The notes beneath the pieces are model-generated. The model was not told the DNA's origin. It made no database searches and saw only the letters and a list, made by a program, of their open reading frames with translations. The position numbers and the translations under genes were made by a program. From NCBI RefSeq assembly GCF_006345805.1, contig NC_042997.1, positions 97,712,001 through 97,776,000 of the forward strand: 64,000 nt of DNA, in the 5' to 3' direction. Below, piece after piece: positions 48,655 through 60,990 of the stretch (position 1 is the first letter of the stretch; every line of letters starts with the position of its first letter). The stretch comes from Octopus sinensis (taxonomy: Eukaryota).

Positions 48655-49792
48655 CCTTGAGTATCCAACTATCATTGCGAGAAGGTAGTTGGAAGAGTTA
48701 GTGGTAGGTGCGCTGAAAGTGTAGCTGCTAGAATAAGAATAGCCTGGGCAAAGTTCAGAGAGCTCTTACCTCTGCTGGTGACAAAGGGCCTCTCGCTCAG
48801 AGTAAAAGGTAGACTGTATGATGCATGTATATGAACAGTCATGCTACATGGCAGTGAAACATGGGCCGTGACTGCTGAGGACATGTGTAAGCTCACAAGG
48901 AATGAAGCCAGTATGCTCTGCTGGATGTGTAATATCAGTGTGCATACTCGACAGTGTAAGTACCTTGAGAGAAAAGTTAGACCTAAGAAGCATCAGATGT
49001 GGTGTGCAAGAGAGACGAGGTCATGTGCGAGAATGGATGTGGATAGCTGTGTGAAAAAGTGCCACACCTTAGCGGTTGAGGGAACTTGTGGATGAGGTAG
49101 ACCCAGGAAGACCTGGGATGAGGTGGTGAAGCACAACCTTCGAACACTAGGCCTCACTGAGGCAATGACTAGTGACCGAGACCTTTGGAAATATGCTGTG
49201 CGTGAGAGGACCTGGCAAGCCAAATGGGACCATAATCCATGGCCTATGCCAGGGGTGTAATCAGCCCACTTATGCGTACCTTTCCTTCATTAGACACTAA
49301 ACTCTGCTTGCGAAGACCTGTTGAAGCAAGTGAAATCAAATTCGATGACTGGCATCTGTGCTAGTGGAGTGCTAAGAGCATCATCCGAGCATGATTGTTG
49401 CCAGAGCAGCTGACTGGCTTCTGTGCCGGCGGCATGTAAAAAGCACCATTCAAGCGTGATCATTACCAGCGTCACCTCACTGGCACATGTGCCGGTGACA
49501 CATGGAAAAACATTCGAGCGAGATCGCCAGTGCCGCTGGACTGGCTCCTGTGCAGGTGGCTTGTAAAAACACCATTTGAGCGTGTTATTTGCCAGTATCA
49601 CCTGACTGGCCCTCGTGCCGGTGGCACGTAAAAGCACCCACTACACTCTTGGAGTGATTGGCATTAGGAAGGGCATCCAGCTGTAGAAACACTGCCAGAT
49701 CAGATTGGAGCCTGGTGCAGCCATCTGGTTTGCAGTCCTCAGTCAAATCGTCCAACCCATGTTAGCATAGAAAGCGGATGTTATATGATTGT
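48655..49792 (+). mobile_element. RTE LINE 3' end with repeat-containing 3' UTR
   Basis: RIRIAWAKFRELLPLL, KGRLYDAC, MLHGSETWAV and GRPRKTW motifs; tandem ~70-90 bp UTR units. Confidence 0.88.
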
Positions 49793-50007
49793 TATGCTCA
49801 ATTGGTTTGTGGACTCAACATAGAAAAATTTTCACCTAAGAACATGTGTTGCATTTGTCACACGGTTTTTTCTTTTTTGTCTTTTAAACAAATGGAAGGA
49901 ATGCTTCAGGATGATACAAAAATTTATGTAAATTTATGAATGAATCCAGACGTTATCAAGGTGTATCTGGTAAGAGTTTATTTTCTTCATTTGTGTATGA
50001 TGTGTAA

Positions 50008-50380
50008 GGATGAGGACAGCTATGTAAAGAAGTGCTGATCTTGGAAGATATGGGATGAGGTGGCGAAGCATGATCTTCAAATGTTAGGCCTAACAGAGGC
50101 AATGACCAAGACCTTTAGTGATATGCTGTTCTTGAGAAGACTCGTCAAACCAAGTGAATTGTTGTTGTGGCTGATGCTGTTGTTACATAACTGGCATCCA
50201 TGCCAGTGACATGTAAAAATGCACCCATTATACTCTTGGAGTGGTTGATATTAAGGCGGGCATCCAGCTGCAGAAATCGTGCCAAATTGGACTAGAACCT
50301 GGTGCAGCTCTCTGGCTTACCAATTCCAGTTAAACCATCTAACCCATGGAAAATGGATGCTAAATGCTGGTGATGATGGT
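50008..50380 (+). mobile_element. RTE 3' remnant
   Basis: Decayed homology to 49030-49790. Confidence 0.7.
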
Positions 50381-51259
50381 TTATCAGAAGTCATAAGTGA
50401 TAATTCAGTACTAACAAAGAATCTTATTTTTTATTTTAATCTCTATTTATGTGACTGAGTGATGAAGGCATATAACCTAGTTCCTTTATTTAGATTGGGC
50501 AGTTGTTTTGTTTTTTTTTTTGTGGGCGAAGTACTTCATATTGCTTTAGTTCAATTAGCTGTAAATGAGTAACCTTGTGACAGACTAGCATCTCATCCAT
50601 GGGTGGATGCTATGATCTTGGTCACTTGACTAGCTTTCAGATTTCTGTCAAATGTGATGCTTATTTATTCACATTGATTTGAATAAGTCATGCATTTACC
50701 TTGTACTTTAAAATTTCAGTGATATTCTTTTACTCTTTTACTTGTTTGTCATATGGCTGTGGCCATGCTGGAGCACCACCTTTTTTTTTTTTAGTGAATT
50801 GCTGTAGAAGAGGTACAAGGTTATCCGGCTGGAGAGAAAGAGATCAAGAACAGAAACGGGTGCGCTGCTGCAAAGGAAATACAGGGTTACCCTTGGCAAT
50901 GATACAGAGGAACAGGGCCTGAGGACAGGATTGGGGATTCATAGCAAATGGAGGCAATGTAGATTGGTTTGTTGGTGTTGGGTGTGTGAAAAGTTTTGTT
51001 ATGAGTGAAACACACAGGTCAGGGGCTAGCAGATAGCAATGATACAGAGAGACAGGGCCAAGAGGGTAGGATTGGGGAGAGGGAGGTAAGCATAGTGCAT
51101 GAAGTGGAAATGCGAGGAAGAGATGTAGCTTGGTTTGTTGTGTTGGTGTGTGAGAAGTTTTAAGTATGGGTGGGACACCCAGTGCTTCTGGAGCTCAGTT
51201 TCACTGAAGTGGGCTGGTTTTCTCAAGAACCTCATATTGCCAGACATCTTGGTTCATTG

Positions 51260-52900
51260 TCATTTCCTCTGTGAAGCCCATGTTGAGATTGGTCCTTATT
51301 CATCTCACATCTTCCTGGGTCTCCGTCTTTTGCGGCTACCATCCACTTTCAGTGATGGGCACTTTCTGCAGCTGTCCTTATTCAAATGCATCACATGTCC
51401 AAACCAACGTTTTTTCTCTTGCATGCTACATTCGATTTCTCTTTGCTCTCAATACATTTGCACTTTGTCGTACATGTGCACTGTTGTTACACACCCAACT
51501 GAGCATACTACCTTCATTTCTCTTCAGTCTTCTACATTCAGAGCCAATGTCTCACTACCATTGAGTATAGTTGTTTGCACATAAGCATCATACAGTCTAG
51601 CTTTTACTCTGAGAGAGTCCTTTCATTGCCAACATAGGTAGTAGCTCTCTGAACTTCCTCTACTCAATTCTTATTCTAGAAGCAATACTTACAGAGCATT
51701 CTCCACCATTGCTAATTTGGTCACCTGGGTAACAGAAACTATCTAAAACCTCGAGAGTTTCCTGGGCATTTGAGAGAATCTTAAGTCCCACATGCTCTTA
51801 GTGCTTATTGTTCCTGCGCATCTGCCACATACAAAGACAACTTTATCTGTTAATCTACCTGTGATTCCACTGCACCTCTTAGGTGTCCATAGTTTACACC
51901 GGGTGTGGCAAAGGGAATTTCTTCTAACTCCTTTCCTACATATTGAGCAGGGCCATTTACTTGATGGAAAGAGTTTCATCTTCTTTCTTACTAACAACTT
52001 TGGTCTTTGCTAGGTTAACTTTAAGGCCCTTTATTCCAGGTTTTGTTTCCATACTTGGAATTTCTTCAATTCTGCTAAAGATACTGCAATAAGAGCAAGG
52101 TAAATCAGCGTATAGCAGTTCCCATGGGCACCTAGCTTTGAATTCCTCTGTTATGGCCTGGAGGACTATAATGAATAAGAGTGGACTGAGAACTGAGCTC
52201 TGATGAATCCCTACCTGTATGCTAAATTCATCACTGTATTCATGGCCAGCTCTCACCTTACTGACAGCATCACTGTACATGGCTTGTACAGCTCTAACAA
52301 GCCACTACTCTACTCCTAACTTCCTTAGAGACCACCATATAACAGAGTGGGGAACTCTGTTGAAAGTTTTCTCCAGGTCGATGAAGGCTATGTACAATGG
52401 CTTACTTTTGGCTAAGTACTTTTCCCGCAACTGTCTCGCTAGGAAGATGGCACCTGTTGAACTCTTCCCAGGTACAAAACCAAACTGCATCTCATCTAGT
52501 TTAGCTCTCTTTCTAATCAATTGAGCTATAACCCTCTCAGTAACTTTCATGACTTGGCCTAGCAACTTTATGCCTCTGTAGTTGTTTCTAAGGCATCACC
52601 TTTACTCTTGTGGCAGTTAGCTATAATACTACTACACCAGTCATTGGGGATAGTGCCTTCCTGAATAACCTGATTAACTATATGGGTGACTAAGCTGTAT
52701 CCTACATCACTGGAGATTTTAATCATCTTGACACTGATTCCTGGTGGCCCAGTGGCTTCCTCTGTCTTCATGTCCATAATTGCCTTACCTATTATGCTGC
52801 TGTCAACTCTGATAGCTCAATTGGTTTGATATTTGGTAGACACTCCTTCTCCCATTCATTTTCCACATTTAGTAACCTTTCATAGTGACACTTATATGCA
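51260..52900 (-). mobile_element. RTE LINE ORF2 (RT) fragment, decayed
   Basis: EMQFGFVPGKSSTGAIFLARQLREKY, AFIDLEKTFNRVP, VGIHQSSVLSPLLF, ELLYAD and KWPCSICRKGV motifs. Confidence 0.9.
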
Positions 52901-52933
52901 TCTTCTCTGAGTCACTAAGTGCATGCATATTTA

Positions 52934-54166
52934 CCATATATACTTGAGTAAAAGTCAACACCCTATTTTTGGCAAAACAATTGGGAATTTTCTACTGACC
53001 CTATTATTCACGAACAACAGGACAACAATTGTGAGTCAAGGTGCTGTATTTTACTATATGTAGAAATAACACAAAATTGTGTGTCTACCTTACTATCGCC
53101 TGCTTTATAGGTGGAATGCTTGGTGCTTATAGTAAAACACCATCTAATAGCGAGCACTACACATCTGTTGATGGGTGCTACATCACCATTACTAAAATGT
53201 GTGTACAGCATATACTGCAAGCCTGCATATATCTTCAAGCAAAGGCGGCGAGCTGGCAGAAACATTAGCATGCCGGACGAAATGTGTAGCCATATTTCGT
53301 CTGCCGTTACATTCTGGGTTCAAATTCCGCTGAGGTCAACTTTGCTTTTCATCCTTTTAAGGTCGATAAATTAAGTACCAGTTATGCACTGGGATCGATG
53401 TAATCTACTCAATTCGTTTGTCTGTCCTTGTTTGTCCCCTCTATGTTTAGCCCCTTGTGGGTAATAAAGAAACATATATCTTCAAGCACAGTAAACACAT
53501 GCGTCATACACTCGTTTAGATGGTGAGAAACTTGTTTTACTAACATCACTGTTGCTGAACACTGGCAAACACCACTGTCTGAATTCATACTGAGGCATGA
53601 CTTCGGTAAGCCTAAAAAACATTTAGTTAATTGCTAGATCAGTGGTTCCCAAACTTTTTTGGCTGTGGAATCCTTTGACATTATTTTTTAAAATGTGGAA
53701 CACTTCATAACTTTTAGGGAACCCGAGGTTTTGCAGAACATAAAAATACTGTAATGTTATTGAAAAGTTATGATGTGAAACATGCTGAGTAGATATTAGC
53801 TGCATGCACCACATTACTGTAGATAGTGGCATGTTGGTAAACAATTATGAGATATAAACTCAGCTAGTCTGTTAAGTTTGATGGATAAGAAAAAGTGTAA
53901 ATATTTATAAGAGCTGCATGGTCTTGTTTATGTGTTTTGTAATTTACTAGGACGTGTGTTTCAATGCATAGAATTAGTAATATTACTGTAATTGTTTTTT
54001 TTTTTATTCGCTTAGAGATCAGTTGGGTTTCTGTTGCCAATATGATACTTAGGATTCTAGCTTGGATTTCAGCCTCTCAAAAGTAGTATCCATGCAATAG
54101 TCGACCCCGTAAATTTGTCCTTAGAAAATGGTCTAAAATATTTGACTTTTGCACATGTATATACAG
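52934..54166. mobile_element. Old pogo-type non-autonomous element with nested insertions
   Basis: TA|CCATATATACTTGAGTAAAAGTCAA .. TTGACTTTTGCACATGTATATACAG|TA. Confidence 0.7.
53242..53472 (+). mobile_element. SINE family B with 16-bp TSD
   Basis: CATATATCTTCAAGCA at 53226-53241 and 53473-53488. Confidence 0.93.
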
Positions 54167-54177
54167 TATGTATATGT

Positions 54178-54460
54178 GAAGGCACATGGCTCAGTGGTTA
54201 GAGCATTGGGCTTAGAATCATGAGGTAGTGAGTTTGGTTCCTGGATCAGACCGTGTTCTTGAGCAAGACACTTTATTTCACATTGCTCCAGTTCACTCAA
54301 CTATAGAAATGAGTTGTGATGTCACTGGTGACAAGCTGTACTGGCCTTTTACCTTTCCTTTGTATAATACCGGCTTGGTATGCATGGGCAACTGGTGGTC
54401 TTCCATAAACAACCTTGCCCACACTTGTGCAATCCCATGGTCATTCATGACCTAAGGGGC
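54178..54460 (+). mobile_element. SINE family C, tail type 2, CpG-decayed
   Basis: Homologous to the reverse complement of 14415-14747. Confidence 0.8.
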
Positions 54461-55908
54461 CTTTATAAAAAAAATATATATATAAAATGTTTTCTGATCT
54501 CTTGATGTGCTTTTGGAGCAAGCATTGTAAATGTTGATATGGTTCTTTTTGACTCACATACTTGTGAAATATATTCAAGTATTCTTGTTTCATTTTTCTG
54601 GGCAAATAGTCAGCATAAAAGTAGTATGTTTATTTATAGATCGATTAGTTCATTATGGCCTCGAAAAAGAACTGGATTCTGTTTTTATTGCAATTTTAGA
54701 CATGGCATTAAAAAAGAGGGAAGTTCACTGGGGGAAACCTGCATTCTATAAGTAGCTTCGGGAGACTGAGTTTGGTTGAGTATTTCAAATTTAGTGAAGA
54801 GCTGCAAGCTTCAACATCCTAAGATCAGCTTCTACCATTTCTACCTGTGTCTTCTATAATCTCCTAAAATTTCTTTCTATTTGCAATGCATATAAGTAAC
54901 AGATTAACGAAGATGTGTGTGTGTGTGTGTGTGTGTGTGTACCAATGCAATCTTTGTACTTGCACACTATATCCAATTTCCACTATTGTCCACGATTGTC
55001 TCAGCTCATCTGTACCATACCATTCATGCTAACATTAATCCATCTGCCAGATGGGTTGATGTTCTTATTCTACTGTTGTTACTATTATTGTCTTAGGTGG
55101 TGAGTTGACAAATGTTACCATACCAGGTGAATCGCTTCGTCGCATTTCTTCCAGCTGTAAAAAGCTCTGTTCAACAACTGGAGCTCAAATGCTGCCGAGG
55201 TCAGCTTTGCCTCATTCTTTCAGGGTTTATAAAATAAATACCGATTGAGCACTGGGAAGTCAATATAATCAACTTCCTCATGCCCTCAAAATTGCTGGCC
55301 TTTTGCCAAATTAGAAAGAGTTCTAGAGTGCAATTTGATTAAACTTGCGAAAATTGTTTACAACTTTGAGCTGAATAAATTATGTAGAGAAATAGTTGCC
55401 AAGAATCAAATTTAGTTCAGTGTTTTAGGGACAAAGATAAGCATAAGCACTTTGTGAAAGCTGGTTAACCTTTTAACATATAAGTATACTGTAAGGTTAT
55501 CTGCACTGACAGTAGATCTAGATGTTAATAAACTGGTGTCCTGAAGGAGATTTATGTACTTGAAACTTGTAGGCTTGCTGTAGAATAAAACAAATTTTTC
55601 ATCATATATATATATATATATATATGGCAGGCTTTTTACAGTTTCCATGTACCAAATCCATTCACTAGGGTTTGGTTGGCTTGGGACTATAGTAGATACT
55701 TACCCACTGTGCTATGTTGTGGGACTGAATCTCAGACCACATAGTTAGGAAGCAAGCTTCTTAGCTGCCCAGCCATGTCTGTGTCTATAGTCATAACTCA
55801 GCATGAAAATTGAGATTTCAGCGTACTGTAGAATATTCAAATTAAATGAATTTTGATATAAAATGATATTTGACGAATATACCTGGTTGGCAACACCAGG
55901 AGCATTAA

Positions 55909-56107
55909 CCCTTTGGCATTCAGATTACTCTGCTAAATGCAATGCCTATTTATTCACATTGTTTTGAATTGATCACACATTATCTTGTAGCTTTGAGATT
56001 TTGATTATGTGATTGATTGTATATTTTTAGGATGAGGCTGCATCTGGCTGGTTTGAACATACAACTGGATATTTAGGCTTGATATGGCTGGTTTGAATGC
56101 TAAAATG
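55909..56107. mobile_element. piggyBac-type MITE, degenerate
   Basis: TTAA|CCCTTTGGCATTCA..TGAATGCTAAAATG|TTAA; related remnant at ~50630-50725. Confidence 0.7.
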
Positions 56108-57249
56108 TTAAGCTGAATTTGGCCGTTTCTACACTCTCCTGCTTTCTTTTTGCGAGTTTTTATTTTCTTTGAATATTGTAACTCTACAACAAATGCTCAT
56201 GCCTTCTCTTCTCAAAATACCTTGCTACAGTGGTTCTTGAACTGGTTTATGGTGACTGATTTGAAGTTGTTAGCCTGACAGTGTGGTAATCTCCAGCTCT
56301 CTATTCTCTGAATTCAAATCTTACTGAGGTCAACTTTGACTTTAACCTTTTGATGTTGAGAAGTATCAGCCTTGTACTAGGATCAGTTCTTCTCTTTCTG
56401 TCTTCATCTCTTTCTTACTCTTTCTGTCTTCATCTCTTCTATAAATTGGTTGTGGTCAGACTTGGTGATGGATAGACTCTGCCAAATATAATAGAGCCAG
56501 AGATATGCATGTCACAATGGCAGTTATGATTCCAGAGTTGCGGGCCCAAAGCAAGGCAAAATGATAAATATCAGACACTTTTCAAAATTATAAAAAGGTA
56601 AATCTTTTGGCGCTGTTGCATCTTCATTAATAAACAAGATTACAAAACAGGTTATCATCATTGCTTTAATGTTCAGTATACCATGCTTGCATTGCTCAGG
56701 TGGAGTTTATTGAGGCAGATTTTTTTTTTGTATGGTCAGATGCCCTTCATGTCACTCACCCTTGTTTCCGAGTAAGGCAATGTTTTCCCAAGTTTAGGCA
56801 GATTTTCACAGGATATTGGAAATGACATTCATTTACAACAATCACAATATTAGGACAAGGAGACACACACATACACTTATAATGGGTGTCCTTCAGTTTC
56901 TGTCTATGAAATCCATTAACAAGGCTTTGGTCAGTTTGGGGATGTAATTGAAGACACATGCTCAAGGTGCCACCCTGTGGGACTGAACTGAAGACCACGT
57001 GACTTCTTAACCACACAGTCACATTTATTCTTGAAATGGAATATTTCTTTCATCATCATGGTGTTGGACAAGTTAAAAAAACTTGGAAGCCATCTAAATT
57101 TCATTAAACCGGGTAATTTACCCACTAACTTTTCAATCCTCATAGCTGCTTCCCACAACTCACAAGGGAAATCTTTTATGGTATATTTTCTGAACTGGTT
57201 CACTGTTGGGTAGGAGAAGGAAAGATATCTAGGCTTGAATGGAGGTGAT

Positions 57250-58400
57250 ACAGAAGTTGCTTATTAAGATCAGGAACTGTTGTAGCTGTAAAAGAGAATA
57301 CAGTGCACCAAATGTAGTTTAGGATATTTGTCTGTGGCAACTGCACCAAGCTAGACATGTGAATTTATTCTCTAGAGAGCTAACAACTATTTAGGACTGA
57401 TGGTTTTAGCTTTGAAATATCTTGTTGAAATTTCTGTATACTAGTGTGTGTGACCTGAAATTCATTGGCTGTGTAGATGGTGTATCTTTGGAAGGGCAGG
57501 ATGAATGAAGGATGTTAATTTTTAGAAATGTGATTATGAGTGATGGTGATCAGTTTGCCGATAGAAGTCTGGGGAAGTGACTTACTCTGAGGTATATTAA
57601 TAAAATATTGGGTGGCTTGAAGCATTGTCTGTACTTTATTTAGACAAATATTTTATGGTTCCAGAAATGAGGTGGGGGAGCCCACGGAGGTAATTTTGTT
57701 GGGGAAATTCTTGTATCCTGATCAGTCTTTGCTGATGTTACAATCAACATTACTCTTGCTAAAATATTCAAGGCTTAATGTTAATGTAGATATAATAATG
57801 GTTCTCCAACAGAATTGGTTCAAAGGATGTCATTAGTGGTAACTGGGAAGAGACTCAGGTGATAAGAGATATTTATAACTATTTTCGAAACCCTTTATAT
57901 TCTGGAGGTGAGTTCAGCTGCCCTTTGTGGGAATAGGGAAATATATTATCACATTTTTCTAAAGACTGATATAGGTACTTGTAACGAGAGAAAGATTGAA
58001 GAGCTTAGAATATAAATCATCTTGGGAGCCATCTGCTGAAAGCTGTTGGTTGGCATATGCAGGACTGTTTACTTTGGACTGAAGTTTCTGGAAAAATCTT
58101 CACATTTGACAGTTGCATGCTTATTGTGGTGAAACAGTTGTAATTAGTTTTCAACTGAGATTTTGTTTAGGAAATTGGAAGTGGTTGTGATTTTATTTGC
58201 ACAGGTATAGCCTGTAGTCATTTTGAGGTTGGCTGGATGCTGCAAAGTTGACCCAAGTTCCTCCTTGCTAGGAACCAGAAAGTTTGGTTGTTATTAAATA
58301 GGTAACAGATTGCTTTTACTGTGATGAATAAAACCAATTTGACTCTCTTGAATGTTATTTACAATGTCTTTATCATCAAATAAGATGTCTTATTGAGGGG
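57250..58400 (-). mobile_element. Very old Penelope-like RT remnant
   Basis: Ordered but heavily degraded motifs on the minus strand: SKVNSP..QLSADGS..YSKL, VGSPTS, FYRQTDH (compare PKVHK..RPIVS..GS, MGSPLS, YRYVDD). Confidence 0.4.
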
Positions 58401-59343
58401 TTAGTAACAAGATCCATGTACATAAGCAATTATTCCAGTAAAACTTATGCCCATTGTTGTACGAAAAAAACTGGATGCAAAACTAGGTACAAAATGTTGG
58501 CCAGTAGTTCAAAGAATTTCCAATATTGAAGAACTTAGAATATTTTTCTTTTAAGAAGCACTATTAGCAATAGGGAATGAATTTAAATATTTTTCTCCAG
58601 AGTATTGCTTCCAGAGTGAATTGATCTAGAAACACATGCAGTTTTACCAAGGCAACTGCACTGATAAAAGAATATAGATTGTGACAAAAAATATTTGGTT
58701 GCTTGTTAAATAATCTTCCATTCAGTACAGTTACCCAAAAATTATCTGAATTATTTGAAAACTGTTGAGAATTCAAAGTTCCTTCATCTTTCAAAAGTAT
58801 TTCATGCTTGAAATGTTACCTATTTGCCTGAAGCATTTGAAAATGGGTGTCAAATGGTCCTATGGTACCTTTTCCCATCTTTCAAAATGATTTCATTCTT
58901 GATGTGTCATCCATTTTTCTAAACAATTTAAGAAGTATTTGAGAACTGGTGCCAAAAGGGCAAGTGGTTCCTTTCTTGTCTTTCAAAAGTACTTCATGCT
59001 TAAAAGTGTTGCATATTTTTCTGAACAATGACAACTGGAACAAATACTGTAATATGATGCTCTAACAATTCTGTTGATTCATCAGTACACATGTACACAC
59101 ACCACATTATGTAAATGTGTGTGTAGATGACAGGTCGCCTCACATTTTAACTACCAAACATCATTCACAAGGTGTTGATCAACTGCAATATATGGTTGAA
59201 GACTCTTATCCAGAGAGCCACACTGTGATCAAACCTAAGACTACATGGTTACCAAGCCAATTTTTTTTTAACTACAAATCTATTTCTGTGCTTGTTATAT
59301 TAAATTGATGACCCATCTCTGCTTGGGTATTATTCAAGTCAGT

Positions 59344-59751
59344 TACTCTTTTACTCTCTTTTACTCTTTTACTTGTTTCAGTCATTTGACTGTGGCCATG
59401 CTGGAGCACCGCCTTTAGTCGAGCAAATCGACCCCGGGACTTATTCTTTGTAAGCCCAGTACTTATTCTATCAGTCTCTTTTGCCGAACCGCTAAGTGAC
59501 GGGGACAAACACAGACACAGACAATGTTGGGGGGACAAACACAGACACACAAACATATACACACACATACATACATATATATATACATATATACGACAGG
59601 CTTCTTTCAGTTTCCGTCTACCAAATCCACTCACAAGGCTTTGGTCGGCCCGAGGCTATAGCAGAAGACACTTGCCCAAGATGCTACGCAGTGGGACTGA
59701 ACCCAGAACCATGTGGTTGGTTAGCAAGCTACTTACCACACAGCCACTTCT
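59344..59751 (-). mobile_element. SINE family A
   Basis: Full-length reverse complement with a small internal duplication. Confidence 0.92.
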
Positions 59752-59897
59752 GTTGTTAACATTCTCATCAGATCTGCTACTTATTCTTTACTACTGAAAT
59801 ATTAAGATTTTAATCTTCTGTTTGAGTGCACCATAAAATTTCTGCAGAGGTAACTTCTACAATTTCAATCTTTTCACACACTTTCTCATATTGGTAT

Positions 59898-60226
59898 AGA
59901 GCACCATCCGAGCATGATCGTTGCCAGGGCAGCTATCTTGCCTCCGTGCCAGTGGCATATAAAAGACACCATTCGAGTGTGTTCGTTACCAGCATCGCCT
60001 TACTGGTGAGGTCATTGCTAGTACTGCCTGACTGGCCCCCATGCCGGTGGCACGTAAAAGCACCCACTACACTCTTGGAGTGGTTGGCATTAGGAAGGGC
60101 ATCCAGCTATAGAAACTCTGCCAGATCAAGATTGTAGCCTGGTGTAGCCATCTTGTTTGCCAGCCCTCAGTCAAATCGTCCAACCCATGCTAGCATGGAA
60201 AGTGGACGTTAAACAATGATGATGAT
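59898..60226 (+). mobile_element. RTE 3' UTR-only insertion
   Basis: Homologous to 49375-49790; ends in (GAT)n. Confidence 0.85.
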
Positions 60227-60711
60227 AGATTTTAATTTTAAATTAAGGATGCTTTTCTATTTTTTTTTTAAACCGGTTCCAATAAAAATCTACTGCTCTT
60301 GTTTCACATCAAAAGACTAGCTTGGTTTGTACTAATTTAAATTGAGCCTTAACTGCATTGATTTTTATTGGGTATTCTTGTTTTCCCTGTCTCTAAGAAC
60401 CTACTAAAGCTAATGGTCTCTCTCTGATTCAAAATATAAAATGAGATTATTTGTTAATTGAATGAAAATACTGTTTTGTTAGTTGTGACAAGCCACATGG
60501 TTTATTTTCATAAAGATTTTGACTAGAAGATAGCATTTTTTTATAAATGCTTTGCTGATTTAAAATCAATTTGTGATTATTTTTTCTTTTTTATGTATTC
60601 TAGCAGGAGGCATGCAGCTGGGACCTTTGGGCACATGTCGTCCACCATGGTCTTGGGTTGATTCAATCCTTTTCACTGGAATTGAATTGACGTGTAGCTC
60701 TGAAGTTGGTT

Positions 60712-60990
60712 GGCTTAGTGGTTAGGGTATTTGGTTCACGATTGTAAGGTCTTGATTTCGTTTCCTGGCAGCCTGTTGTCCTTGAGCAAGACACTTCATT
60801 TTGCTCCAGTCCACTCAGCTGGCAAAAACTGAGTAGCACCTGTATTTCAAAGGGCTCACCATGTCACATTCAGTGTCATGCTGAATCTTCCTGAGAACTA
60901 CTCTCAGGGTATGTGTGTCTGTAAAGTGTTCAGTCACTTGCATATTAAATTCATGAGCAGGCTGTTCTGCTGATTGGATCAACTGGAAAC
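60712..60990 (+). mobile_element. SINE family C, tail type 1, CpG-decayed
   Basis: Homologous to 23424-23755. Confidence 0.82.

Noticed and set aside
49360-49640. CRISPR-like repeat-spacer array
   Set aside because: Degenerate tandem units in an RTE 3' UTR; no unique spacers or cas genes; eukaryotic context.
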